Assembly: GCA_030265395.1 (NCBI GenBank)
Contig: JARFYF010000104.1
Location: 63,659,799 to 63,723,798 of the forward strand
DNA: 64,000 bases
Source: Rhina ancylostomus
Lineage: Eukaryota
Reading direction: 5' to 3'
Shown here: one piece after another, positions 1 to 12,943 of the stretch
Layout of the letters: each line of letters starts with the position of its first letter
Numbering within the stretch: position 1 is the stretch's first letter
Program-made: the position numbers and the translations under genes
The notes under the pieces: model-generated
The model's database searches: none
What the model was told of the DNA's origin: nothing
The model's input: only the letters and a program-made list of their open reading frames with translations

Positions 1-145
1 CCTTGTGCCCACCCCACCTCCCCTCTTTTGTCCACCTACCACTGCTCTGCTTTTCCCTCCTATATATTGGGCTTCCCTTTTCTCCACAGATGCTGCCTGG
101 CCTGCTGAGTTCCTTCAGCATCATCTAGATTCCAGCATCTGCAGT
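1..145 (+). mobile_element. Penelope-like element 3'/pLTR fragment
   Basis: ctccacagatgctgcctggcctgctgagttccttcagcatc...ttccagcatctgcagtc; same family as 59870-60190. Confidence 0.6.
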
Positions 146-859
146 CCTGAGTTTCCCTTAAGTCTTCATTTCTGCTCCTTAAATTTATTACCCCATTTCT
201 ACCCTAAATTCAATTTAAAATAAAACTATGATAAATGAGTGCCCTGGTTCAAAGAGTCATATTACTATTAAAGACTTGAAGACTCATTCTACTGAAATAT
301 CTAGGACATCAGCAAGGGAACATTGGAGACCTATGATCCAGGCTCCTGTTTCTCAGCTAGTAATTTAGTCAATAGTTGTGCAAGAAACAAATGAATAGAA
401 GTAGCTGATTTAGCTCCAAGGCTGCACTTCCATCAGATCATGGTCTAATCCAATTTCCATATACCTTGCCCCTGTATCTCTCACCATCTTTGGAGTTCAG
501 CAGTATAGAAGCAATTTTTTTTTTTGCTATTCGGTATTTGCACTCATACTTCATATAACAAAACTGAGCAACAGATTTTTGTTCACCAAGGGCAAACAAA
601 GAATGGTCATTAGATACAGTAGCAGAATTGTTAGTGCAGAAGGAAACCACTTGGCTCATTGTCACAGAGGCATATGCCAGCTCTACGTTAGAGCAATCCC
701 ACCAGTCCCATTCCACATTTTCCCCCCCACTAACAAAGAACTCACTAACAAAGAACTGCAATTCCTGGAAGGAACTTCAACCTGAAACATTAACTGTCAT
801 CTTCCCACTGATGCTACCTGATCCACTTTCTGTTTTTACTTTCTCCCAACACCCTGCAA

Positions 860-1500
860 ATTAGACTCTCAAGTGCCTAACCGACTACTTTTCTAAAGGC
901 ACTGATTAATTCCATTTCCACCACAATAACTTGTAGTAAATGCCTATTATTGTCGGCTCCGTTCAACTGTTTCCCTCATTTCCCCAGTATACATCTTTTG
1001 CACCAAATTTTAAATCCTTGAAGTAACTGCAAATGGGAACAACTTCTTCAATTTACCTCATCTAAACTAGGCACCATCTTGTGCACATCCATCACATCTC
1101 CCTTCAACCTTCCTTGTTCCAGGTATTGTCACTCTCTGCAGTACAACCTTGGAGCTGTAATTCCTCATCTCTGGAACTATTCCAGTAAACCCTTTCTGCA
1201 CACTCTAGGATCTTCACGTTCTTTCTAAAGTTAGGTGACCAGAATGGGACACAATCACTTGTTTTATACAGGTTCAACAAAACTTACTTTTATACTCTAC
1301 ATTTATGAATCCCAGGATCATTAATAACCACACCCTCAACATGCACTGCTACTCTTAAGGATCTAGGCACCAATTCATTCTTTCCTGCACAGGCTATTCA
1401 GACTCTTATGGTCACTCATTCTTTCTGTCAAAGTCATAACTTCACACTTTTCTGCATTAGAACTTCACCCATCGCCCTTCTCATTTTGTCAGAGTGCATC
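860..1500 (-). mobile_element. Highly decayed CR1-type LINE fragment
   Basis: Reverse-oriented CR1 3' signatures (ttctaaagttaggtgaccagaatgggacac; ttcacacttttctgcattagaacttca). Confidence 0.5.
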
Positions 1501-3439
1501 TTCTAGGCAGCCGGTAACTGTCCGCACCAATGCTGACATCACTTCTAATAATGCAAAACATCGATATAGCCCCAAATCCTCCTGGACTTTACAGCCCAAT
1601 GCATTTGCAAACCTTCTGACTCAGAAATAATTTGGTCCATGTAATTTAGAAGCCATTTTGCATTTTGAGGATAGTAATATTCAACTTTTAGAAAGGAAAT
1701 ATGAAACAAGAAAGCTTCATCTTCCAGGCACTCAGCTTCTTTTCCATTGCACAGAGGCATTTACCATTTTAAGCAACAAATGTGGGCAGTAGAGTCGTTT
1801 GCAAAAATAAACTTCTTGGCAAGCAAAAGTATACTGGACTCTCAACAAGATTCAGCTGTAAAACATCCTCCCCACATTTGTTTTCGTCTTTAAAATTTAT
1901 GGATGATTCAAAGCAAAATGGATGCACATAATTCTTTAGTTTCCTGCTCTCGTATCAAATAAAGATACACATTTAATTATAATCTCATAATTGTCAGNNN
2001 NNNNNNNNNNNNNNNNNNNNNNNNNNNNNNNNNNNNNNNNNNNNNNNNNNNNNNNNNNNNNNNNNNNNNNNNNNNNNNNNNNNNNNNNNNNNNNNNNNNN
2101 NNNNNNNNNNNNNNNNNNNNNNNNNNNNNNNNNNNNNNNNNNNNNNNNNNNNNNNNNNNNNNNNNNNNNNNNNNNNNNNNNNNNNNNNNNNNNNNNNNNN
2201 NNNNNNNNNNNNNNNNNNNNNNNNNNNNNNNNNNNNNNNNNNNNNNNNNNNNNNNNNNNNNNNNNNNNNNNNNNNNNNNNNNNNNNNNNNNNNNNNNNNN
2301 TAAAAGGGATTACTGGACTTTGAGACAGCTTGCTGCACAATTAAACCACAAAGTAAAATGTAGCTTGTGGTATTTTTTTTAAATAAATGAAACTAAAGAG
2401 CTATTTTGGTTCTACTGTTGAAATTTTCAAAATCACATGGTTAGGAAAGAAAAAAGAAACCAGGGTTCTCAAGGACAAGTGCTATCTTAAAAGGAAAGCA
2501 AGCATTAAAAAACATTGTTTAGATTCCAAAACTGAACTCCTGAGGAGCACACCACAGTGCTAGTCATTAGATCACAGGCAGCAATAAATAAGTAGGTATC
2601 CAAGACCCTAGTTTACAAGTTTTGTCTGATTGCATTCTTATGCCTTCCTTTGAATTCACACAATATTGAAAGTTACAATGCCTTGAGATTACTTTTCATT
2701 GGCAGAGTGATTTAGGTGCAGATAAATTCAGAGCTTGAATAGTCATACAGCACTGAAACATGCCCTTTGGCCCACCGCATCTGTGCAGGCCTTCAAGAAA
2801 CTATCTATGCTAATCCCATCTGCCAGCACTCAACCCATAGCCTTCTATGCCATTTCAAGTGCTTATTTAAAACTGGAAGATGAACTCAGTTACTTACGTC
2901 AAGCTACTTTTCATGCAGATTCCATTGTTTCATGTTTGGTTACCCTTTGCTCCATGAAAACAATATGAGGCTCATGAAAAGTTGCTTTGTTCTTTGCAGA
3001 TTTTTACACTTTTCAACTTGCAAAATCTATTTTCAAGCTGGTGCTAAAAAGCTGGAAATTCTGCCCAACTCAAAATTTCCTATGATTATATCATTCCAAA
3101 AGAATTGAATTTCTGTAGAATCATCATCTTCAATAGTTGCAAGTGACTTTTAAAATTACTTAAGATTTAAAAGTACTGGATAGTGCATACACTGACTACA
3201 CAAGGGCAGAAAGTGTGGTTTAGCATCGATGTTCTGTAGGTAGGTGAATCTTCTCAGTGTCTAAATGTTATCCAATGAATCATGCCTTAAGGGATGTGCC
3301 AACTAGTCCTGGCTCTAAGGAAATCCCAGCCAGTCAGCAAGTTATTTTACTCATCTTTTTAGGTAGCCATTTGGGATTGAAAATAACTTGATACCATTCC
3401 GTTTTTTTGAATTCTGAGGTAGTTGACAAGGCTAATATG

Positions 3440-3760
3440 GGAACCATAGGCTCTGACACATGGAATAAGTGGTGCCTGATAGGCACAGTTTGAAAGGTGG
3501 AGCGATCCTTACACTGCTTACGAAGGGCTTCTGTGAGATCCAGATGGATGGAGTAAGGTTCTCAACACCATCCTGAATGCTCTGTCTCCAATTTGACCAG
3601 ACGTAGGCCAGAGATTCCCAGGTGTAAGTGGAAATGTGGCACTTTGAGGAGGCTTTGAGCACATCTTTGAATATTTTCCTCTGTCTGATAATCCCCATGA
3701 CTGAGCTCAAACAGGTACACATGCATCATCTCCTACAGGCCCTTCCTGGGTTATGAACAC
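3440..3760 (-). mobile_element. RTE-clade LINE C-terminal fragment
   Basis: Minus-strand translation RKIFKDVLKASSKCHISTYTWESLAYVWSNWRQSIQDGV resembles the RTE ORF C-terminus (FKDTLK..WE.LA.DR..WR). Confidence 0.65.
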
Positions 3761-6314
3761 CCGATTTATAGACATCTGGTACACACAAATGAATATGTTG
3801 GAGACTGAAGGAATGGATGGGGGGTTGGATTTGCTGGCTGCAGCAGGACCGCAGGCATCTTCTGCCATGTGTGAATAGGGCACTTCTGTGTGCCTTGTCT
3901 CCCTATCATTGCCCTCACCCCCCAACTCAATGTCCCTGCCACAACAACTGGAGGTTGTGTCGAGCTGAGCCGACCCACTCACCAAGTCACTGACCCTGGC
4001 TGGCAGCCACTCTTCCCGTGCCTGCTATCTCTCCTGCCATAACTGTTTCTGAGATCCTCTCCCACACACTTAGTTCATTCCCAACTTACAAACAGTTCAG
4101 GTTACAGTTTTTAAGAAACAAACCCTGTTGTAAACCTGGACACTCCCTGTACAAAAGGCAAATAATTCAAAATAAACAATTGATAGATGGACTTGTACTG
4201 TGAATTAATATCAGTGTGCATCTCATTGCTAACATTATTCCTTCTATCAAACAGGAAACAAGAGAAAGTAGTTTGCTTTTGTGGTAACTTGCTAGTTAAA
4301 CTAGCACTTGTAATTTCACTTTTCTTCTCTTCCCACACCTCAGTAAAAGAGCAAAATAACCTACTGAGCCACAATTGTTAATACAATTCATTTACAGGAT
4401 CTGGGTGTCACTGACAATGCCAGCAATTATCACCTATCCCCAATTGCCTTTGAGAAAAGTAGTGGTGAGCAGCATTCTTTAACTGCTCCTGGTAAAGTTA
4501 TTCTCACAGCTACGGTGGGGGAGGGCACTGCAGAATTTAGACTCAACAAAATGGAAGCATTATATTCTCTCCGTTGTACCTCATACTTGCTGCCTGCTAG
4601 AGACCATGCACAGTTAGTCATACTGCTGTACCTAAATACTTGGAATGTTTCAAAGTAGAACCTTAAATATAGATGAAATAAGGGATGGTTGAAACCCATT
4701 CCAAGGTGCATTTCTGACTAATAATATAGATTTACTTTAGAAAAAAAAAGCATATTGAATGAAGTAGTCTACATTTGACTTGGGAGTTTTAACAGCTCTC
4801 ATTGGTTCAAAGTTATATGCTATAATTACATGCCAAAGCCGTGGGCCTCTCCCTGGTATGTTAATCCATAGCCAGATTGTGTGGCCTCTGTAAACAATAC
4901 AAGTAAAATGTCAAGATTCAGAGTATAGTATGTCTACTATCATAGCTAGTCACACAGCTTCGAATTCATTTTATGCACCTGCTTATCAGTACCTCAGTGG
5001 ATATATACTGTACACTGGAGTGAAGCAGATGAATGAAGTCTTCGATTCATGAGCAACTAGACTTCAAGTATGTTCGTAAGTCCATTACCATTGGCTTTTG
5101 TGTGCAAGGATTTTTAAAAATTTCTATGCAAGAGAAAGTCCACTGATAAACTAAATCACTCCAACATTACGTGATCACATTGTGAATCGGAAGCATCAAC
5201 CACAATAAAATTCCCATTTGCATGAATGGAACTGCAATGCTCCAAATATTTGTGGGCTTTCAAAAGTGGAAAAATTAAGTATTTAATTGAGTTATATATT
5301 TATAATTTCACAACTTAGTGGCAAATAGTAACTATAGCAAGTTAATGTTCCTATCAAGTTTAATTGTACTCTAAACCAATTAAATATATTACTGCTAATG
5401 ACTCTCAAGCAGGAGGTAATGGAACAAAAAAAAGACAACTGGGACTGAAGTTGGACTGAGCATTTTTTCAATGAACATGTGAATTACAAGTAACCACACT
5501 TCCTTCAACCTGCTTGGCGATTTAATGTTCATGACTGATCTGATTGTAACCCAACTCCACATTCCCATCTACACATGGGAACTTTTCACCCTCTTGGTAG
5601 AGGGTTAGTAGTCTCCTAAAATAGTTTTGCTAGAAAATGAAAATTACCATGGACTAGATATATAGTCAACAGACAGGATTAAAAAGATTACCAGCACTTT
5701 CAAAGCTATTAAACATACCAGGCTCAGATTCTTAAAAGCACATGCGCATTGCCTAGTAACAGACAAACTTATCTATAGAACATGTGACACCTCACTGTTT
5801 CACAGTTGACTACAGTAAAATGCAAGGAAGNNNNNNNNNNNNNNNNNNNNNNNNNNNNNNNNNNNNNNNNNNNNNNNNNNNNNNNNNNNNNNNNNNNNNN
5901 NNNNNNNNNNNNNNNNNNNNNNNNNNNNNNTCCTGGCCAATCTATGTGGGCGCTACATGCAAGGAAGCACACCAACAGTTTGGAGGGAGGCACATCGAGT
6001 GGTACACAAAACAAAAAGCATGGAAACCAATGACTGGAGGATCATTTTCAGACAGTTTGGAGACAAATGTTAAGCTCAGACAACAAAGTGGCAAGAGTGT
6101 GTGGTGATTTGGGGGGAGCGTGGGGAAGAGGGAGAAGAGGCAGGGGACAAAACAAAAAACGAACATTCTTAAATGTTAGTAAACCCATCCTTGAGCAGTT
6201 AGTTAAGAATTCCTGGCATCTCCAGGAATTAAAAATCAATTAATGTTACAAGCGACTCAAAAGGACAAAAAAAGTGTTACAGCATAACAAAGTGTTTGAC
6301 TTTTTTTTTGTCAT

Positions 6315-6632
6315 AGATGGAATAGAATCAAACAGCATGGAAACAGAAGCCTTTGACCCACGAAGTATGCACCAACCATCAAGCACCATTTACACCAATT
6401 CCATTTCTCCAACAACACCCTTCCTTGCCCCACCCCTCATTCACTCACCTACACATTAAGGACAATTTGCAATGACCAATTAATGAACCAGCATGTACTT
6501 TGAATACAGCACTCAGTAATGGTCAGTGAGAATGAGTAAACTCCACACAGGCAGCACCAGAGTTCAGAATTGAACCCAGACTGCTGGAGCTGTGAGGCAG
6601 CAGCTCTAAAAAGCTACACCACAATGCCACCC
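6315..6632 (-). mobile_element. tRNA-derived SINE (V-SINE/HE1-like) with CR1-type tail
   Basis: Reverse of gctgcctcacagctccagcagtctgggttcaattc (B-box-like GGTTCAA) plus a cagcatggaaacag tail. Confidence 0.65.
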
Positions 6633-7789
6633 AAATTTGTAAAAAAAAGTTGCACATGGGCAAAAAAAATTCTAGTAAACTAGTATGGGTAGGTGGTGCA
6701 ATGAGAGAGTAGACATGTCAAGTGACCAGTGATTGTCATCTAAAGATGTCATAAACCTCTAAAGAATATATCAACCAGAGTCAACAGTCTGAAGCCTGAG
6801 AGCAGATTACTTGTGGAATGCATGGAATTTGGTCAGGCCAAGAGAAGAGTGGGGGGGGGGGGGTGGTGGGGAAAATATAAAATCANNNNNNNNNNNNNNN
6901 NNNNNNNNNNNNNNNNNNNNNNNNNNNNNNNNNNNNNNNNNNNNNNNNNNNNNNNNNNNNNNNNNNNNNNNNNNNNNNNNNNNNNNNNNNNNNNNNNNNN
7001 NNNNNNNNNNNNNNNNNNNNNNNNNNNNNNNNNNNNNNNNNNNNNNNNNNNNNNNNNNNNNNNNNNNNNNNNNNNNNNNNNNNNNNNNNNNNNNNNNNNN
7101 NNNNNNNNNNNNNNNNNNNNNNNNNNNNNNNNNNNNNTGTCTCAGATCTTGAAGAGCCAGAGACTCTACTCAGCATCTAATCAGCTTCAACAATGCTCAG
7201 ACCTGCTCCTCCCACACATCGGCCTTCAGCTCTGTTCACTGACTCATTCTTGTGGTCTCAAATTCCTCTTCAAACTTCAGTGCATTGTGCTTTCAATTTT
7301 GCAGAATTTAATTAGTTTTAGTGTAACTATTAAATTACTAAACTTGTCTCCACATCAGTGGACTGCCTCTGGATTACAAACTCAAATCCCACTACAAACA
7401 AACTTAAATTCCGCAGTTGCTAATTAACAATTTTGAAACAAATAGCAAGTGCACTCAAAAACCATAAAACTAATAGACTTAAAGCCCACCAGGTTCATAC
7501 TTCCTTTAAGGAAAGCAGTCTGCTATCCTTATCCCATCTGGTTTATAATTATAATGCACTTCCTGATGCAGAGGATTGTGCTGGCTTCAAATTGCCCTCT
7601 GAAGGGATTGGGCCATTCAATTTTTTTAAAAAAATCAAACCTCTCTATACAAACTTCAAGCAGTTCAAGGAGAATCCTCTTCACCAAGTTACCAAAGGAA
7701 ATTAGGAGTGGGGGATAAATGTTGGCCTAGCCAGATATGCCAACATCCCACTGAAAAATCAACAAGTTGTTAATTTCTCAGGTTCAAGG

Positions 7790-9010
7790 CATTGCTAGCC
7801 AGGCCAGCATTTATTACCTTTCCCTAGTTGTTCACAGGTAGGTGTTGGTGACGCACCTTCTTGAAATGCTGCATTCTCCTGGATGAAGTTTATCTCAGTA
7901 CTTGTTCAATAGGAACTTCCAGGATTTAGACCAAACAGTGGAGAATGAACAATAATATTTCCCCAATTTGGAATGGTACGCAATTTGGAAGGGAACTTGC
8001 AGGAAACAGTGTTCCAATTTGCCTGCTACCAATATTCCCGTGTGTGGTAGAGGTTGCAGTTTTGGGAGATGCTGTTGATGCGGTGTCAAGCGACTAGAGT
8101 TGATTTTGTAGAGGCACATACTGCTGCCACCAGAAGTGGAGGGAACAAATGTATAAAGTGGTAATTTGGATACCAATCAAGCAAGGCTACTTTGTTCTGG
8201 ATTGTGACAAGCTTGACTATTGTTGGAGTTGCATTCATTCACGCTAGTGAAGAGTATTCCACATACTCCTAACTTGTACCTTGCAGATTGCTGAACTATC
8301 TTAGGGCATTCGGAGGAGAGTCTCTCACCATAGGATATTCAGCCTTTAACCTGCTCATTTAGACACTATTTATGTGGCTGGACCAGCCAAGCTTCTGGTC
8401 AATGATTATATCCAAGATGTTGATGGCAGTTGGCTCAGCAATAGCCATGCCTTTGAACATCAAGGATTAATGGTTAGACTCTCTTGCTCTCGGTGATAGT
8501 GGCCCAGCACTTTTGTGCCACAATATTAGTTCCTAATTATCAGCCCACATCTGAATATTGATAGGTCTTGTTGCATGCAAGCAACAGCCATTTCATTTGC
8601 CCCAAAGTCATGAATGGAATTGAACATTGTGAAATTATTGGTAACTCAATGATGGAAGGAAAATCATTCATGACACAGTTGAAGATGGTTGGTACCAGAA
8701 CAATGCCTTGAGAAAACCTTACAGTTGTGTCTTGGGATTGGGTTGACTGGCCTCCAACAACCATCCTTTGTGCAAGGCAAGGCTCCATCCATGGCAATTT
8801 GTTTCCCACTGACTGCAGTTTTACCAGGGCTCCTAAATACGGCACTTGCTCCTGCGATGCCAACTTTTCAACACCTTGGTCCATGTATGGAACAAGGCTA
8901 TGGTGAGGTCTGAAGACAAGTGTTCCTCATAAAAGCTAAAACATGAGCATCGGTGAGCAATTCAAATGGTGAATAAATCTAATTGAATACACCGTCAATG
9001 AAATCTTGTG
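7790..9010 (-). mobile_element. Decayed CR1/L2-group LINE (RT domain and 3' end)
   Basis: Minus-strand ORF 8540-8884 contains RMVVGGQSTQSQD..SQGIVLVPTIFNCVMNDFPSII, the RT PQGSVLGP.LF...INDL motif; typical 3' end ggccagcatttatt. Confidence 0.75.
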
Positions 9011-9439
9011 CTACTTTGCAGATCATTGAGTAGAGTGGTTGGAACTAAAGGCATTGATCTGAAATGTTAACTTTCCCTACAGATTTTGTCCAACCTGCTG
9101 AATATTTAAAACATTTTCAATATTTATTTCATTTCTCCACCTGCAGTTTTTGCTTTCAAATTAAATGTAATAGCAGATCCAAATTCTGTACAAGTACATA
9201 GATGGGGAGTAGCAGCAAGCCAAAGGTGGATACTTGAGATAAGATGTTTATTTGGGTACAAACTAAAACCAGCAACCCAATCCAAGCCTTAAGAGTGTTT
9301 TTGATACCCAGTTTGAAACTGACACCAACACATTATCATGTTGTTCGATCCCATTAAGTTTGGGACAGGTAGCAGGCTCTAGAGGGAAGCACTCCTGCAG
9401 TTACTCAGGATTATGCCAGTTCATCATCTTTCACTGGGA

Positions 9440-9830
9440 TTATAGAGTCATGGAGACATACAGCATAGAAATAGGGCCTTTGGTCCATACCATCCAACAA
9501 AAATACCTATCTATACTAATGCCATCTCTTAAGCACTTAGGCCTCAGACTTCTGATTTAACAATTCAATTGCTCATCCATAAACTTCAGATGTTATCAGA
9601 GTCTCTACCTTCACCACTCTCTCATGCAGTGAGTTTGAGGACAACCACCTTCTGGGTGAGAAAATAATTTCCAGATCCCCTGCAAATCTCCTACCATAAC
9701 CTTAAACCTGTACCCTCTGGTTTTAGATACTTCTGTAATGGCCATCTATCCTATCAATACCCTTCATAGTTTTGTATACCTTTATTATTAGGTTCCCTTC
9801 TCACCTCGACCTCTTCCACTCTAATTTCAT
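9440..9830 (-). mobile_element. CR1 3' end fragment
   Basis: tagagtcatggagacatacagcatagaaatagggcc...ccttaaacctgtaccctctggttttaga...ttttgtatacct. Confidence 0.65.
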
Positions 9831-10034
9831 CCTTTCGCCCAAGACCAATCTTATCCCCAGCAACAACACTACTTTTCACGTCACTGGTGAACATACTAAT
9901 CATACCTCCTGTATTCTGCGTTTTTAATTGTATGCCAGAGGCTCAGCACCTATCCCAGTGATACACCACTGGACCGCTGCACACACTGGCCACTACCCAC
10001 TGTTTACCCACCTGCCTCACTCGGGGCCATTTAA

Positions 10035-10295
10035 GGAGAGCACAGTAGTTAGTGCTGATGACTCACAGCTCCAGCAACCCAGGTTCAATCTTTATTCTAT
10101 GTGAAGCTGACATGCTCTGTGACCGTGTGGGTTTCCCCCAAGTGCTCCAATTTCCTCTCACATCCAAAGAGGACTGGTTCATTGGTTAATGGGCTACATG
10201 GACATGAGATAGAAGTAGCTGCAAGGCTACAAGGGGAATAGAACCAATGGGATGCTGGGATGTCCCCAGTGGGATGAATGGACTCATTCTGTGAC
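10035..10295 (+). mobile_element. V-SINE/HE1-like SINE
   Basis: tRNA-like head cacagctccagcaacccaggttcaat, then the V-domain gtgaccgtgtgggtttcccccaagtgctccaatttcctctcacatccaaaga. Confidence 0.75.
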
Positions 10296-11699
10296 GCAGA
10301 GGTAAATAACCAGGCTATACTCCTTGCCTCAGTTCCTCAGGATATCTCCTGACTCAGAGTAGTGCACACCCATCCTGGACACAATATAACCAAAGTAAAA
10401 TCAAATTGCAATTGTCTTTTTAAACTATAAAGAGCTCCTTCAAAGGACATTTTCTTTCCAAATCCAAATTGACCCAAGATTCATCCCACATTGTCTGGTT
10501 TAGTTGGCCTTGAGTCAGGTAGCCCAGCTCTCATAGATGAGATATCACTTACAAGGATATTCAGTTACAGTTGGATAGATAAGAACAAAACCAAGGGCAC
10601 TCCAGCAAAATGGATAACAACAGACATACCAAACCAGCACAGGAGTCATAGACCATCACAAATTTTGGTTATTGAGAGTAATGTGGGGTGTAATACAGTT
10701 ACATTTGGAGACTGTTGTTTGGTGATTTTAGCAGGGTTCTTTCTGGTACTGTGGAACAACACTGCAACACACACATCTCTTGTAACATGCAAACAGATTG
10801 CTTGGTCCAACTAAGCAATCTTTTCTGCACAATTTGTCAACTTTATGACAAGTTCCCAACCTATTCCCTTTTTGTTGCATCATCCCCCACCTGACCTTCC
10901 TTGAACTGCCTATCTGACCTAGTCTTAAAAGCTAATGTAGTCTCTGTTTTAATGATTAACTCTGGCACACATTCCACAGGCATGTGACAAAGCTTCTCTC
11001 CATTCCAGATCTCCAGTATTTAAACTTGTAACCACAGTTACTACCTCAGTTTTATAAACCTCCACAACATTGTTCCATTTTCTCCTATGCTCTAATNNNN
11101 NNNNNNNNNNNNNNNNNNNNNNNNNNCCTTTCTCGTGGTAATATTGTAATGAATCTGTTCTCTTTTCTGCACCCTATTGCCTCAGCAAGCTTCCTATGAT
11201 GTGAAGTCCAATATTGTAAATAGTATATCAATAATTATATTAAAACTTGAACCTGAGTTTCCCATTAGAGTTTAAATTTGACTTCTTTCCTAAGAACCTG
11301 GAGGACATTATGCTTGCTACAGCCTACTCACCAAAAGAAATTCACACAAACAAATTCAAATCTGGAAGACAAGAGAGAGTAAAAAGAGAGGTAGGAGGCT
11401 CAAATAAAAAGCAGCTGTGCATTTTATACATCATTAACTCTCATGATCCTTTAAGAAAATTCCAAGGTGCTTTATTTCAAAAGTACCTCATTGGCAATAT
11501 TGTGTCACAACTGCAATGTAGGAAACACAGCACCTAGTATGAACACAGCAAGCTCCCATAAAGAGCAATGGTATAATGAAGTGATAAATCAGTTCAAATG
11601 CTGTTGATTAAAGAATGGATATTGGCCAGGGTTAACTCCCTTGTTCATCCCTTACATTCATTGGAGGGAATAGATAGGACTTCAGTTTTCAGGTAAAAA

Positions 11700-12693
11700 T
11701 GGAATAGGTTAGGTCCATTCATTAAGACCTGGCTGATCTTCCACTTCAGTGCCAGTTTCCTGCATTATTCATCTGTTTCCCAAATATCCAAAAATATCTA
11801 GATCTCAGCTTTGAATAAACTTAATTATTATAACTGTACTGTCCTCCAGGATAGTAAATTCCAAGGATTCATCAGCGCATAAGAAGATATTTCTCATCTC
11901 AGTCCTAACTAGCACACACCAGTTCCTTGGAGACTGATTCCCTGGATCTAGGACTTCTCAGCTCCCTCCATCCACCCTAGAATTTTAACATCAAGATTTC
12001 TCCTTATTCTTCCAAACTCTAGCGCACGCAGGCCAAGTCTACTCAATCTCTCTGCAAACACAGCTTTCCTGCAATTGATCTGATGAATATATGCAACACA
12101 ATTCCATGGATAATACATCCTGTATTAGGTTTGGAGACCAAAACTGCACACAGCATTCCAGATCCAGACTCTCAAAAGACCAATAAAATACCAATATACC
12201 TTTCACTTTCCCAGTTGGTAAGTATACCTGCTTGTTGATTTTCACTAAGTTCTACACAAGCCCACTTAGGTGCTTTTGAGCATCAGCCCATCTCTATTAA
12301 TTTAACCATAGGCTGCTTTTCTGATTTGTGCATCAAAGTGGATGACCTCATATTTTACTCATTGTACTCCATTTGTCATGTTGAAGTCCATTCACTCAGC
12401 TAGTCTTTATTCTCTTGAAGCTTCCTTGCATCCTTATTACAACTAACCACTTAGTGTCATCAGTAAACCCGGAAATGTTACATTTAGTCCCTTTAGCCAA
12501 ATCCTTGATATTGATTGCGAATAGTTGAGTCTAAGTACCATCCCTGTAGTTACAGCCTGCCAACCCAAGAAGGACCTTTTATTCCTACTGTTTTCTAGCC
12601 GTTAACCAACTTAATGCACAGTCGAACATTACCCCCTCCAAACTTATTCACCAACCTCCTGTGTGGGATCAAATGCTTTCCTGAAATTCCAAA
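11700..12693 (-). mobile_element. CR1-type LINE fragment
   Basis: Minus ORF LECCVQFWSPNLIQDVLSMEL (CR1 LEYCVQFWSP motif) and WNFRKAFD (RT DF.KAFD). Confidence 0.75.
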
Positions 12694-12943
12694 TACAGGC
12701 AACCCTCACAATACAGCTGTTCAGGTAATGGAAATCTGCACTTACAGAATTCGTACCAAAAACAGTTGATCTGTGAAATAAAAATTCACTCTTCCAAAAT
12801 TTGTGAAAAAAAATTAAATAAACAAAATTTTCCAACTTGTATTTCTTTACACAAGTGCCGAAGACATGGCTTCACATAATGGAAAACCGTGCTATAGACT
12901 GTTTTCTAGAAATACAACCCCCACAAAGTGGAGGTCACCTATA
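12694..12943. mobile_element. Tc1/mariner (Tigger-like) MITE
   Basis: Imperfect TIRs tacaggcaaccctc ... gaggtcacctata, TA-flanked, abutting the CR1 fragment. Confidence 0.4.

Noticed and set aside
1936-7427. Long ORFs containing X runs
   Set aside because: Produced by translation through N gaps.
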